Part shown: one piece after another, positions 27,377-37,003 of the stretch | Position numbering within the stretch: the stretch's first letter is position 1 | Layout: every line of letters starts with the position of its first letter | DNA from: Candidatus Micrarchaeota archaeon | GTDB taxonomy: Archaea; Micrarchaeota; Micrarchaeia; Micrarchaeales; CABMGC01 | DNA length: 64,000 nt | Assembly: GCA_021802765.1 (NCBI GenBank) | Contig: JAJZRI010000001.1 | Coordinates: 211,509-275,508, forward strand | Direction: 5' to 3' | The notes under the pieces: model-generated | Seen by the model: the letters and a program-made list of their open reading frames with translations, nothing else | What the model was told of the DNA's origin: nothing | The model's database searches: none | Program-made: the position numbers and the translations under genes

Positions 27377-27916
27377 ATGATATGTGAAAACATGAAAAAG
27401 AGTGAAATTATTGTATTTACCATCGGCCACTCAACACGCCTGACCAGAGACTTTCTAGGAGTGCTTGATGCATATGGAATAGAGGAGGTCATAGATGTAC
27501 GCACCATACCCAGATCAAGAAAAAATCCCCAATTCAATGAGAAAAGGCTCTCTGCAACCCTTAGAAGGCACAAAGTAAGGTATAAACATATGGGCGGGCT
27601 TGGAGGGCTTAGGCACGCGCTAAAGGACTCAGTCAATACCTACTGGCATAATGCCTCATTTAGGGGTTTTGCAGATTATATGCAGACTGATGAATTCAAG
27701 GACAATATTGATTCATTGATAAAGATAGCAAAGAAAAGGCAGGTGACTTTAATGTGCGCAGAGGCTGTGCCGTGGAGATGCCATAGGTCATTAATAGCAG
27801 ATGCCCTTGCAGTTAGGGGAATTAAAGTAATTCACATATTTAGCGCCACAAATTCAAGACGACATGAGATTACAAGGAGTGCGAAGGTAAGAAAGGGAAA
27901 TATAGTATATAAATGA
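27377..27916 (+). CDS. DUF488 family protein
   Basis: TIGHS, DVR..PRSR, LGG.R, W.NASFRGFADYM, MCAE...WRCHR. Confidence 0.92.
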   Translation: MICENMKKSEIIVFTIGHSTRLTRDFLGVLDAYGIEEVIDVRTIPRSRKNPQFNEKRLSATLRRHKVRYKHMGGLGGLRHALKDSVNTYWHNASFRGFADYMQTDEFKDNIDSLIKIAKKRQVTLMCAEAVPWRCHRSLIADALAVRGIKVIHIFSATNSRRHEITRSAKVRKGNIVYK

Positions 27917-27940
27917 TCGTTTAGCAGTAGTATTAGTGAA

Positions 27941-28360
27941 TTGATGGATAATGTAGCTGGAACAAGCAGGATGGCACGGATATACATAGCGACAGGGTTT
28001 CTTTACTTCATCATAGGCACGATTCTTCTGGCACTCAATCTCTCTAATCTTATTGCCATAAATAGGGATCCGATATTCATACTGCTGCTATACGGTTTTG
28101 TTGCCCAGTTGATTTTCGGTGTTTCTTATATTTTTGTGCCTGGCGTCTCTAGGCACAGTGGAACAGATTACAGAATCATAATAGCAGAGTACATTCTTCT
28201 AAATATTGGTATAATAGCATTTGAGATAGTTGCACTTAGTGGCCAAAAGGACGTTGCAGTGCTCATCACAGGACTGATTGTATTAATTGTGGCAGTTCTG
28301 CTGCATGCGACCAACATATGGCGCACGATAATTGGTAGGGAGAATAAAGGCACTGTCTGA
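27941..28360 (+). CDS. Four-TM membrane protein
   Basis: Four hydrophobic helices, LYGFV..LIFGV.Y..VP motif. Confidence 0.65.
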   Translation: MMDNVAGTSRMARIYIATGFLYFIIGTILLALNLSNLIAINRDPIFILLLYGFVAQLIFGVSYIFVPGVSRHSGTDYRIIIAEYILLNIGIIAFEIVALSGQKDVAVLITGLIVLIVAVLLHATNIWRTIIGRENKGTV

Positions 28361-28480
28361 TTCAAAGTATTAAATGCCATTGAGAGTGTCCTTGCAGGAT
28401 CTGGTGGGTTATGCGAATCAGATTACAAGATGGCCATCACGTAAGAAGGATTCAAAAAGTCTACACGTTAAATAGCATAT

Positions 28481-29725
28481 ATGTTCTTGCCCTTATCAGT
28501 CATAGTATTGGCAATGTCTTTTGTGCTGGTAGCTGTAAGGCAGGTAGGCAGAGTCAGATTGCAGATATGGCAGATAATCCTTGGTGGAGCAGTAGTTGTG
28601 ATACTGACAGGGCAGATATCTGTAACTGCAGCAATATCCTACATAGACCCCACCATCATAGTCTTCCTAATCGGAATCTTTATTCTTGGCGAAGCACTTA
28701 CAAGGAGCGGATACATACAATATCTTGCTTACAGGATTTTTAGGCATTTTAGATCTGTGGATAGCCTAGTACTTGCAATCCTTTTCTCGATGGGATTGGC
28801 ATCCATGTTCATGCTTAACGATACTATGGCAATCATAGGCACGCCAATAATCATGCTCTTTGCGATTAAAGAAGGCATAAACCCAAAGCTCATGCTGTTG
28901 TGCCTTGCATTTGCGATAACAATAGGCAGCGTTGCAAGCCCCATAGGCAATCCTCAGAATTTGCTTATAGCTTCAAGCGGTTTTGTTAAGTCACCGTTTG
29001 CAACTTTTTTCTCTAGCCTTTTGATACCGACACTGATAAATCTTTTCGTGACTTATTTAGTCCTTAGGCTATTTTTCAGAAGCGAGTTCCACAATAAACA
29101 GCTTATCCATAGCCACGTAAGGATAAAGGATAAGGAACTAGCCAGACTTTGCAACTTATCTCTTGCCTTGCTTGGCATTTTAATTCTTTTTTATGTCGTA
29201 ATTGAGATTTTTGGTTTTATGCATGGCCTTAGTTTTGCATACATTGCAGTTATTTCGGCTTTGCCCATAGTGCTTTTCAGCAAGCAGAGATTTTCCATAG
29301 TCAAGCAGATAGATTGGTCGACAATAGTGTTTTTCATGGCCCTTTTCGTTCTTGTGGGCAGCGTATGGCAGTCGGACTTTTTCCAATATGCTACAAATAG
29401 CCTGCATCTTGACTTAGGTTATGTTCCGACAGTACTGCTTTCCAGTGTTATAGGCAGTCAGTTTATTTCAAACGTGCCAATGGTGCTACTCTATCTAAAA
29501 CTTTTGGCATATGTGCACATCACAACAACAACTGCAATGGCACTTGCCGCAGGAAGTACAATTGCTGGTAATCTATTCATTCTGGGAGCCGCAAGCAATG
29601 TGATAATAGTACAAATGGCAGAGAAGAGATACAACAGTTCCCTGTCGTTTTTTGATTTCGCAAGGGTCGGCATTGTTGTTACAGCACTTAATGTACTCAT
29701 ATACTGGATATTCCTGACGGTATAG
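28481..29725 (+). CDS. ArsB/NhaD/CitMHS-superfamily anion transporter
   Basis: NDT, IGSVASPIGNPQN, SNVP, STIAGNL..LGAASNVI; multi-pass TM. Confidence 0.88.
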   Translation: MFLPLSVIVLAMSFVLVAVRQVGRVRLQIWQIILGGAVVVILTGQISVTAAISYIDPTIIVFLIGIFILGEALTRSGYIQYLAYRIFRHFRSVDSLVLAILFSMGLASMFMLNDTMAIIGTPIIMLFAIKEGINPKLMLLCLAFAITIGSVASPIGNPQNLLIASSGFVKSPFATFFSSLLIPTLINLFVTYLVLRLFFRSEFHNKQLIHSHVRIKDKELARLCNLSLALLGILILFYVVIEIFGFMHGLSFAYIAVISALPIVLFSKQRFSIVKQIDWSTIVFFMALFVLVGSVWQSDFFQYATNSLHLDLGYVPTVLLSSVIGSQFISNVPMVLLYLKLLAYVHITTTTAMALAAGSTIAGNLFILGAASNVIIVQMAEKRYNSSLSFFDFARVGIVVTALNVLIYWIFLTV

Positions 29726-29829
29726 ATTTAATTTTATAGAGATTTAACTTCTGATTGTTTAATGCATCGTAATTAAATAGCAACATTAGGTGCATTGTCA
29801 TTTTTATTGGTATTTGACTTACGCCATGC

Positions 29830-32214
29830 TCAGATGCGCTTGAGCACAGCAAGCTTGACTGCATCGTTTACGAATAATGAAATCAGTGATATCAAAAATA
29901 CTGCTGCTATTGGCGCGATGCCTATTTCAGGCATAAGTATCCCTAAATATGCCATTGCAGTCCCTACTATTATTCCTGCTGAAGATGCTATAACAAGGAA
30001 TGCGCTTGGTGCTGACTTCCAGAACGCTCGCTTCTCTCTTAGGTTTATTACGGTGAACTTGTCTGTAACGTTCAGGAGCAGAAATACCATTGTTGGGAAC
30101 TGTAGGCGGCTAAGACCCAACAGGCCGAACCCGATAGGTATAAGTGCAAGTGCTTCGACAAGTAGGAACGCACCAACCGAGCCAGATAATATAAGGAGAT
30201 TGCGCACATTCCACACGTCTGGCTTGATCGAATATCCGGCATTATCTGTAGATATGGATATGTTTACCATGTCATTGGTAAATATCAAAAGTATAAGAAG
30301 GAATGCAGTTATTGGTATAAAATGCAGTGACATGAAGGTTATGGCTATGAAACCAACTATCTGAAACACCTTGGAGACCTTGGCCATTGCGTAAGTTGAC
30401 ATCCTCTCAAATATCCTCCGGCTCTCCTTAACGGCATCCGCTATGACCCCCAGACCATCTCTGGTAAGCACCAAGGCGGCAGCGCTCTTGGCCACATCAG
30501 TGGCATTGGATACGGCTATACCAACCTCTGCCTGCTTTAGTGCGGGAGCGTCGTTAACACCATCTCCAGTCATTCCTACAATATACCCTTTTGCCTGCAG
30601 CGCCCTTACCAGCGAGTACTTGTCCTGCGGATACACGTTTGCAAATCCACCAGCAGAAATGGCATTGAGCTCAAGGAGGCTCTGGTCGCGACCAACTCCA
30701 GAGGACATATCCACTATAAGCCCTGGTAGTCCGACTTCTTCAGCTATGTGCTTGGCAACGGCTGCATTGTCACCAGTCAGCATCTTTATTGATATGCCGA
30801 GCTTTGACAATTCTAATACCAGATCCTTGGCATCCTGCCTAGGCTTGTCATAAAGGGCCACGAGCCCGTCAATGACCCAGCTATCGCCAGGTTTTTTTAC
30901 TGCAACCATTATCGGCCGCATGCCCCGAGACGCCAGTTCATCTGCCTTTGAACTAATCTCAACCAAACTGGAACCGTTAAGACCGGCCGCTTTTAGAACA
31001 GATACGACTGCGCCCTTCATAACCTCGTATTTGAATTCGCCACCCATTACTGCGGCGGTGCACTTCGTTTCTGGACTAAAGGGCGTGAAGCTGGACTGAA
31101 TTCCCGGATGGATGCCAAGGCGTTCGGCGTAATCCAAAATGGCATTGTCCATAGGATCGTTGTCCTCCCTCCGCGACGCCTCAGCGGCATGCTTGAGAAC
31201 TGATGCCACATCAGCAAGCACTGGCACTACCTCGCCCACTGTTATTCGGTTTTCAGTCAGTGTGCCAGTCTTATCTGCACACAGTATGCTCATTGTCGCA
31301 GTACTCTCTATTGCTTCCAATCTAGTTACAAGTATCGACTTTTGCGCAAGCCGCCCTGTGCCCAGTGCCATCGCCACGGTAAACGCTGCCTCTAAAGCTA
31401 CAGGTACCGATGCTATGAATACCACGAGCAGAAAAGGCACCATGATTGCAAGCGACATATGCAGCAAAAAGAACCCATACAGGAACATAACGGCAATAAC
31501 CACCAGGTCGCCTGCTACAAGATATTTCACTATGTGCATTATTGCAATTTCAAGATGCGATTTTGGCGATGCCTTCTGCACTAGTCGCGCAGTTTTTCCA
31601 TAAACTGTCCCGTATCCTGTGCCGGTGACTATGCACGTTGCCTCTCCACGGCGCGCAATTGCGCCCTGATATACTGTGTCCCCTATGGATTTTTCTATTG
31701 GCAGCGACTCGCCGCTTATCACCGATTCGTCCGATTCGAATATTTCAGATTCGATTATCCTAGAATCCGCGGGTATTATGTCGCCTAGTTTGATCCGGAT
31801 AATGTCTCCAGGAACAAGCTCTCGGGCAGGCAGAGTGGTCCATACGCCATCCCTTAGAAGCCTTGCCTTTGAGGCCAACTGGTTCATCAGAGCCTGGACA
31901 GATACGTCGGCCTTGTACTCCTCCACGAAGCCGACTATGGAATTGAACACCAAAAGAGCCACGACTATGTAGAAGTCTTGCATATGGCCAAGCACATAGG
32001 AAAGGATAATTACAAGCCACAGTAATGCTTGCACCGGGCCATAGAACTTCCTTGCGAATTGATAATAGTAGTTGGGCTTCTTTGCTGTTATCTCATTGTA
32101 TCCATATTTGGCAATTCTTAACCTAGCTTCAGCAGAACTTAGTCCGGTTTTGCCAGTGCCGGCATCTGAGACAGCTCCATCTGCGCCAATCGGATGAAAA
32201 TCACTATCTGCCAT
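29830..32214 (-). CDS. P-type ATPase, plasma-membrane H+-ATPase (P3A)-like
   Basis: DESVISGES, DKTGTLT, KGA, MLTGD, TGDGVNDAP, SRRIFERM..Y, M6 NDMVNISISTD. Confidence 0.9.
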   Translation of the reverse strand: MADSDFHPIGADGAVSDAGTGKTGLSSAEARLRIAKYGYNEITAKKPNYYYQFARKFYGPVQALLWLVIILSYVLGHMQDFYIVVALLVFNSIVGFVEEYKADVSVQALMNQLASKARLLRDGVWTTLPARELVPGDIIRIKLGDIIPADSRIIESEIFESDESVISGESLPIEKSIGDTVYQGAIARRGEATCIVTGTGYGTVYGKTARLVQKASPKSHLEIAIMHIVKYLVAGDLVVIAVMFLYGFFLLHMSLAIMVPFLLVVFIASVPVALEAAFTVAMALGTGRLAQKSILVTRLEAIESTATMSILCADKTGTLTENRITVGEVVPVLADVASVLKHAAEASRREDNDPMDNAILDYAERLGIHPGIQSSFTPFSPETKCTAAVMGGEFKYEVMKGAVVSVLKAAGLNGSSLVEISSKADELASRGMRPIMVAVKKPGDSWVIDGLVALYDKPRQDAKDLVLELSKLGISIKMLTGDNAAVAKHIAEEVGLPGLIVDMSSGVGRDQSLLELNAISAGGFANVYPQDKYSLVRALQAKGYIVGMTGDGVNDAPALKQAEVGIAVSNATDVAKSAAALVLTRDGLGVIADAVKESRRIFERMSTYAMAKVSKVFQIVGFIAITFMSLHFIPITAFLLILLIFTNDMVNISISTDNAGYSIKPDVWNVRNLLILSGSVGAFLLVEALALIPIGFGLLGLSRLQFPTMVFLLLNVTDKFTVINLREKRAFWKSAPSAFLVIASSAGIIVGTAMAYLGILMPEIGIAPIAAVFLISLISLFVNDAVKLAVLKRI

Positions 32215-32421
32215 CAATAATAAACTGCAGACCAAGGTATAAAACAATTCCACAAACCAGATGGAACCAGAAGTCCGATACGTTTTTATGATTTTTATGA
32301 GCCATATTCACTATTTAGGCACTTCGTCGCGACGAACGCCACGTCGCATCAAGTATTTTTCTTCCCAAGTGTACGTTTACTATAGAATCAGCTTAAACCC
32401 TGACGAGGTTAGGGGGATGCT

Positions 32422-32541
32422 CTAGGTATTCATAGCCAGTTTTGCCATGCGGTATCCAAGCGGCATGAAAGGGCAGCGGTGCCCGTGAAATTCCCATGCC
32501 CATTCTGGAAGTCCGCCATATCTGTTTATATCGTTTTTAAT
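32422..32541 (-). pseudogene. FmdE-family N-terminal fragment
   Basis: Hand translation [39 protein letters not shown]; FHGH.CP...G.R signature; GGTGA SD followed by ATT instead of ATG. Confidence 0.7.
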
Positions 32542-32564
32542 GAGTTCACCTTAAGCATATACAA

Positions 32565-33554
32565 TTATGATGCGCCTGCGACGGATCTGCCTTTTTTGGG
32601 ATTAAGCATTTGTTTAAGAGAACCTAACAATACGATTATAAACACGGCAGTTAGGCACACGTATAAAAACAATGAAATCGTTTTGAATGGGCTGAAGAAA
32701 TCAGACAAAGAGGCCGTGCCCAAAGTGAATGCTGCTGTGGGGAATACGTAACTCCACCAGCCTAGGTTAAATTGAAAACCGGACTTGAGATATCTCCTAA
32801 AGAAAAGCAGGTTGACCCCTATGGCCCAAATTCCGAATCCCCACAAAGCCGCTCCACCTAAGGCCCCCAACGGGCTCAGGTTCATTTTAAGCAGGATTCC
32901 TGCGGAATTGGAGATTTTCATAAAGTCAACGATCAAAATCCCTATCGGGGCTAAAAGAATGTAATTCGTAGGCGCAAGTTCTACAGTGGGCAACGTATGG
33001 CTGACTAACCGGAAAAAGAGCATGCCAAGGATTAACAGGAAAAGCATAGTACCAATGCCAAAGAAAAAGAGTGCGAATACCATAGTGACTGCGCTAACAG
33101 GGTACAGGAGCACCGCATTGGTGACAAGAATAGTGGCTACTGGCGTGATAAACCATCCGCCATGCATCTGGTCTAACTTAATCTTGATATTTGAAAAAAA
33201 GTGGTATGGCAGATAGATTGCAAGAGCAAGGATTAAGCCTGCGCCATAAACAAGCAAACCCAGATCTATGAAGCTAGGTATAATGTTCCAGCATAAGATC
33301 GCCAAGATTACTGCAGAAATGGGTTGAAGGGCATAGAAGTTTCACAGCAATGTGTGCTTCAGCTCAGTTTTGACGATTCCAGGATGAAGAACAAGCTTTA
33401 CAAGTAATATCGCAGAAAATAACAAGAAGAAAAATACCAAAACCCAGGTTAAAGGAATTACCAGGAATGGAAGGAAGGTCTTTGATGCCAATGCGAATCC
33501 TCCTGTTCCAAGGATTGAGCCAAAAGCCATTATAGAGAATTTACTGGTATCCAT
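32565..33554 (-). pseudogene. TDT (TehA/SLAC1/Ssu1) family transporter with one in-frame TGA
   Basis: MAFGSILGTGG...ELKHTLL-TGA(33342-33344)-NFYALQP continues in frame into HGGWFITPV...WWSYVFPT. Confidence 0.85.
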
Positions 33555-33576
33555 AATACAAACCTTATTGTATGGT

Positions 33577-33840
33577 TTAAACCCTTTTTCCAAACAGTCT
33601 AAGTACGTGCCTGTCACTTATCTTGTAAATCACCTTTTTTCCTTCCCTTCTGTTTGAGAGTATACCCGCATTTGCAAGGTACTTAAGCTGCAGTGAAACG
33701 GTGGGCTGCGCCCTGCTTACAAGCTTAGGCAGTTCGCATGCACATCTTTCCTGCTTGACCAATTTCGATACAATGTTGTACCTCGTCTTGTCCCCAAGCG
33801 CCTTGAAAAGCACGTAATTGTGCTGTTGTTTAGCGTTCAT
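33577..33840 (-). CDS. ArsR/SmtB family regulator
   Basis: FKALGD.TR..I, ERCACEL, QPTVS.QL..L, RREGK...Y. Confidence 0.92.
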   Translation of the reverse strand: MNAKQQHNYVLFKALGDKTRYNIVSKLVKQERCACELPKLVSRAQPTVSLQLKYLANAGILSNRREGKKVIYKISDRHVLRLFGKRV

Positions 33841-33900
33841 AAATATATTTATAAGCATAAATATATATAAATTTTGTGTCTATACCTATGCGGTGAACGT

Positions 33901-34254
33901 ATGAGTGGAAAAATAGCAATAATCATAGCTTCAGATTGGGATCAAAAGCTCAAAGTGACCTCGGGTCTTCATCTTGCTAAGCGCATATATGATGCGAGAC
34001 AGGAAAACGGCATAGATGCATTAGAGGTATTCCTTTATGCAGGTGGCTCAAAGCTACTGCAATCCTTGCCAGAAGGCTTCGTAAATATACTGGAAGAGCT
34101 AAAGCAGGGCAACATCCTTGTAAAGGTATGTACGACGGAGGCACGGGCGTGGAATCTTGAGGAAAGCGCAAAGAAATATGATATAGTCCTAGAATTTGCG
34201 AGAGACGCATTCTCAAGATACGCAAGGGATGGATTTACTGTTTTAACCTTTTGA
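33901..34254 (+). CDS. DsrE/DsrF-like protein
   Basis: Short alpha/beta protein: KIAIII, EVFLYAGG, KVC, C-terminal GFTVLTF. Confidence 0.7.
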   Translation: MSGKIAIIIASDWDQKLKVTSGLHLAKRIYDARQENGIDALEVFLYAGGSKLLQSLPEGFVNILEELKQGNILVKVCTTEARAWNLEESAKKYDIVLEFARDAFSRYARDGFTVLTF

Positions 34255-34271
34255 AACCATGAAGGCATGGC

Positions 34272-34511
34272 GTGGTTCCTAGGAGACCTGTTGGTGAAGT
34301 AGCCAGAAACCAACTTTCAGACCAATTGAAGAAGCTCTCAGCAATGGGCGGCACTGTTAAGAGTCTCGGAAAAATAGGACTTTTACCAAAAGAGGATCAG
34401 GTTATAGAACATTATGACAACGCTATCACTGACTTTGTAAATGGTAAGCCTGACGAAGAATCCGGTAGGCTGATTTTCAAGTGGTTAAAAAGATGTAATG
34501 AGGCCATTTAA
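34272..34511 (+). CDS. Small hypothetical protein or gene remnant
   Basis: 79-aa ORF with GTG start, no motif. Confidence 0.3.
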   Translation: MVPRRPVGEVARNQLSDQLKKLSAMGGTVKSLGKIGLLPKEDQVIEHYDNAITDFVNGKPDEESGRLIFKWLKRCNEAI

Positions 34512-34643
34512 TAGCGCCCATACGAATATAACCTGAAGCGCATCGCCCGATGCGGGGATCGAACCTGCGACATCCTGGTTAACAGCCAGGCGCTCTACCG
34601 ACAAGCAAGCCTTTTCATAACGAGCTTTTGCCTTGGCAACCAT
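34485..34643 (-). CDS. Integrase N-terminal fragment int(N)
   Basis: ATG 34643: MVAKAKARYEKACLS then reads through att as VERLAVNQDVAGSIPASGD, the same frame as int(C). Confidence 0.75.
   Translation of the reverse strand: MVAKAKARYEKACLSVERLAVNQDVAGSIPASGDALQVIFVWALLNGLITSF
34541..34599 (-). repeat. att site (partial tRNA-Asn copy)
   Basis: CATCGCCCGATGCGGGGATCGAACCTGCGACATCCTGGTTAACAGCCAGGCGCTCTACC, identical to 43538-43596. Confidence 0.97.
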
Positions 34644-34699
34644 GCAATCGAACCCTTGTTTTCAAAAGAAAATACGCAATTTAGATATAAATATGCGTG

Positions 34700-35030
34700 A
34701 GGTTCGATTTGATGCGGATAAACGAACCCCGACTTTAGCCAAACTTGTGTCTTTAGCCGATTCCCACGAAATGGCTAAAGAAAGATGACGACGAAGCTCA
34801 AAAACCCTGTGTTTTTGTCGGGAGGCTTCTTTACACAAGTTTCGCGTACGGCTCAGCATCAAGCCCGCTACGGCCGCTTCGCGGCCTACCGGCCATAGGC
34901 CTGCGGGCACTACTCCAAAATCGGGTTCTAGGCCACTTTTGGGTGGGGGCAAAAGTGGCCGCTTGAAGAAAAGGTACCTTAAACTGCTCGGTGGCGAGCT
35001 TGAAGGCGCATTGGCGCCGCACGCCCCTCT
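34700..35030. other. GC-rich, palindrome-dense non-coding region (origin candidate)
   Basis: GGCCACTTTTG-8 nt-CAAAAGTGGCC (34931-34960), CTTTAGCC..GGCTAAAG (34751-34780), GGTTCG..CGAACC, clustered GGCC. Confidence 0.5.
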
Positions 35031-35059
35031 GGCCGCATGGCCGAGCTGGGCGAAAGGAA

Positions 35060-35269
35060 TTATTTGTTTAACGGTTTAATAATCACTTTTACGGATTTAC
35101 CAACCAAGCCTTCTAGCAAGGAACTGCGTATATTTATACCGCCGTACGTATACTTGTGTTCTCCGGATTCCCTACGTCGAATATTACCTCCTTTGAGTTG
35201 CCTTTTGTATGTGAACTCAGTTACATTTACCGGATAAAATTCGAACTCATCTTTTTGGTATCTTGCCAT
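35060..35269 (-). CDS. Small basic hypothetical protein of the element
   Basis: 69-aa ATG ORF divergent from the cargo operon. Confidence 0.6.
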   Translation of the reverse strand: MARYQKDEFEFYPVNVTEFTYKRQLKGGNIRRRESGEHKYTYGGINIRSSLLEGLVGKSVKVIIKPLNK

Positions 35270-35372
35270 ATTATCCCTATTCTATAGGGCGACGTAGTTT
35301 TAAAAACTATTCGGACTAGTTTTTTTAAGAGGATTTTTTCGTACAAAAGATTTAATAAGGGTCACGGAGTAG

Positions 35373-35732
35373 GTGTTAATAGGGATGGTTATGGAATTAA
35401 TAAAACAGCCGGGGTCGCAGGAGGATTTAGTTGCAAGTTTATTGGTAGGCATTTCAGATGGATGGAAGATTGGTGAAGTTGCGACTAGCACTTATAGAAG
35501 ATTGCCCGATCCGCAGCCAGTATATATAGACTCATCAAATATGAGGCGCATGCATCATGGAGAAGCAGGCATGTGGATCGTGACAGCCAGCACTTTGCTT
35601 GGTCTTGTTGCATATAGTTATGCAGATGGGCAGGATAAGGAAATGGCGATGCAGATTGCAGGAATGGGTATTGGATTTGGTGCACAGTTGATCTGGGATG
35701 ATAAAGAAGACCATAACGAATGGTTCCATTAA
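35373..35732 (+). CDS. Membrane protein with HHG and G.G..L..DD motifs
   Basis: RMHHGEAG-TM, GMGIGFGAQLIWDD. Confidence 0.65.
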   Translation: MLIGMVMELIKQPGSQEDLVASLLVGISDGWKIGEVATSTYRRLPDPQPVYIDSSNMRRMHHGEAGMWIVTASTLLGLVAYSYADGQDKEMAMQIAGMGIGFGAQLIWDDKEDHNEWFH

Positions 35733-35767
35733 TTGGTGATAGAATTCCTAAATATAATATAATTTCT

Positions 35768-36118
35768 ATGGGGGAAATGGCGCGCATAGGAGAGTGGGTA
35801 GAGGTATTCAGAGCGCTAATTGCACTTGGTATTCTTGGTTATGTAGCAGTTACAATATCAAGTGTCATACCTATTGGGCCATTCTTGCAGATATTGCCTT
35901 TGTTCTATTTTGCTATAACTGTTGCTATAGTGATTGGAGTACTGGAGGTGCCTGATCATGGAACATTGTTTACAATTGGGTGGACTTTTGCCTCTTTGCT
36001 GCTAGCCGGATCTGGACTTATAAGCAGATGGGAGGCACTATTGGATCTTGTTCCGATAGCCTTAATTATATGGAATTATTTAGATGATTCGGGTGGATTG
36101 AATGGTACATACCTCTAG
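35768..36118 (+). CDS. Four-TM membrane protein
   Basis: Almost entirely hydrophobic; overlaps next gene. Confidence 0.65.
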   Translation: MGEMARIGEWVEVFRALIALGILGYVAVTISSVIPIGPFLQILPLFYFAITVAIVIGVLEVPDHGTLFTIGWTFASLLLAGSGLISRWEALLDLVPIALIIWNYLDDSGGLNGTYL

Positions 36119-36671
36119 ATGTTCGCGTGCTAGCAGCACGCATTGTAGTTGCTCGTGCGGCGGTGCGGCCCATGGTGGGGGTGGAGGGATAGTATCAATT
36201 GCTGAGGCATCGAGTGATAGAGACGTACCAGAATATAGGAAATTCTTTGGTAATTCTCTTGTTCAAGCAGCATTGACACATGCTTGCATGGCTGGACTGA
36301 CAGTAGTTGCGCCTGGTGCAGGGTTGGCGCTGGCTACTGCATATACAACATACAACTACTCAAACTTGGGATACACCATGTTTAAGGCATATAATGAATT
36401 CCAAAATGGAAACGTTGCCCAGCGCAGAGATTCATTAAGGACTATAACTACAAACGTAACAAGTTTTGCGGTGGGAGATAGTTCGGATAAGGCTGCAGCT
36501 TACATAGTTGACAAAGCCAAGGCTAGCGGATATGTAAAGGAATTAGCTGGGAAAAGTGGGGTGGAAGAAGTCATCCTAACAGACATGTTGGAAGGAACAA
36601 CCTCACAGGCAATAAATAATGGTTTCACAGAACTGGCCAGATTTGGTGCAGGTAAGGTGTTTGGTGCTTGA
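36102..36671 (+). CDS. Hypothetical protein with N-terminal Cys/His metal-binding motif
   Basis: HTSRCSRASSTHCSCSCGGAAHG followed by a hydrophobic Gly/Ala segment. Confidence 0.7.
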   Translation: MVHTSRCSRASSTHCSCSCGGAAHGGGGGIVSIAEASSDRDVPEYRKFFGNSLVQAALTHACMAGLTVVAPGAGLALATAYTTYNYSNLGYTMFKAYNEFQNGNVAQRRDSLRTITTNVTSFAVGDSSDKAAAYIVDKAKASGYVKELAGKSGVEEVILTDMLEGTTSQAINNGFTELARFGAGKVFGA

Positions 36672-36962
36672 ATGGATGAAAAAACTTTTCAAATCATAGG
36701 AATAATAGCGGCTCGTAAGGGCGCTTACTATACGCTAGTTAGAAATGAATTTCTTAGGCAGTTAAAGAAGCAGAAGAAGGCGATTAGTGATGATGAGGAT
36801 CAGGAAATGCGGGCGCGTTTGAGAAGGGCCATAGCACAATTACCTAATGAGTTATTCTTAGGCGTACAGGAAACAAGCAATATAGATAGGAGCCTCGGCC
36901 TAGATCAAATAAGGCTTGATACAAAAAGGATAGCCAAGGAAATAATCACAGGACTCATTTAG
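36672..36962 (+). CDS. Small helical hypothetical protein
   Basis: ATG directly after the previous stop codon. Confidence 0.65.
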   Translation: MDEKTFQIIGIIAARKGAYYTLVRNEFLRQLKKQKKAISDDEDQEMRARLRRAIAQLPNELFLGVQETSNIDRSLGLDQIRLDTKRIAKEIITGLI

Positions 36963-37003
36963 ATTACAGTTAGGGTAAAATAGCTTATCATTTAAATGGA
37001 ATC

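Noticed and set aside
32399-32500. Hammerhead ribozyme (CTGACGA...GAAA)
   Set aside because: Could not form the required stems; most of the region is explained by the FmdE remnant on the opposite strand.
33342-33344. Selenocysteine or recoded TGA
   Set aside because: Position looks like Gly in a transporter, TGA is a normal stop elsewhere in the window, and the next gene is also broken.
34541-34599. Second tRNA-Asn gene
   Set aside because: Lacks the 5' acceptor strand and first half of the D-arm; it is the att duplicate.
34662-35022. ORFs 34662-34952 and 34831-35022 as genes
   Set aside because: Non-ATG starts, no motifs, and they lie in the palindrome-rich tract.
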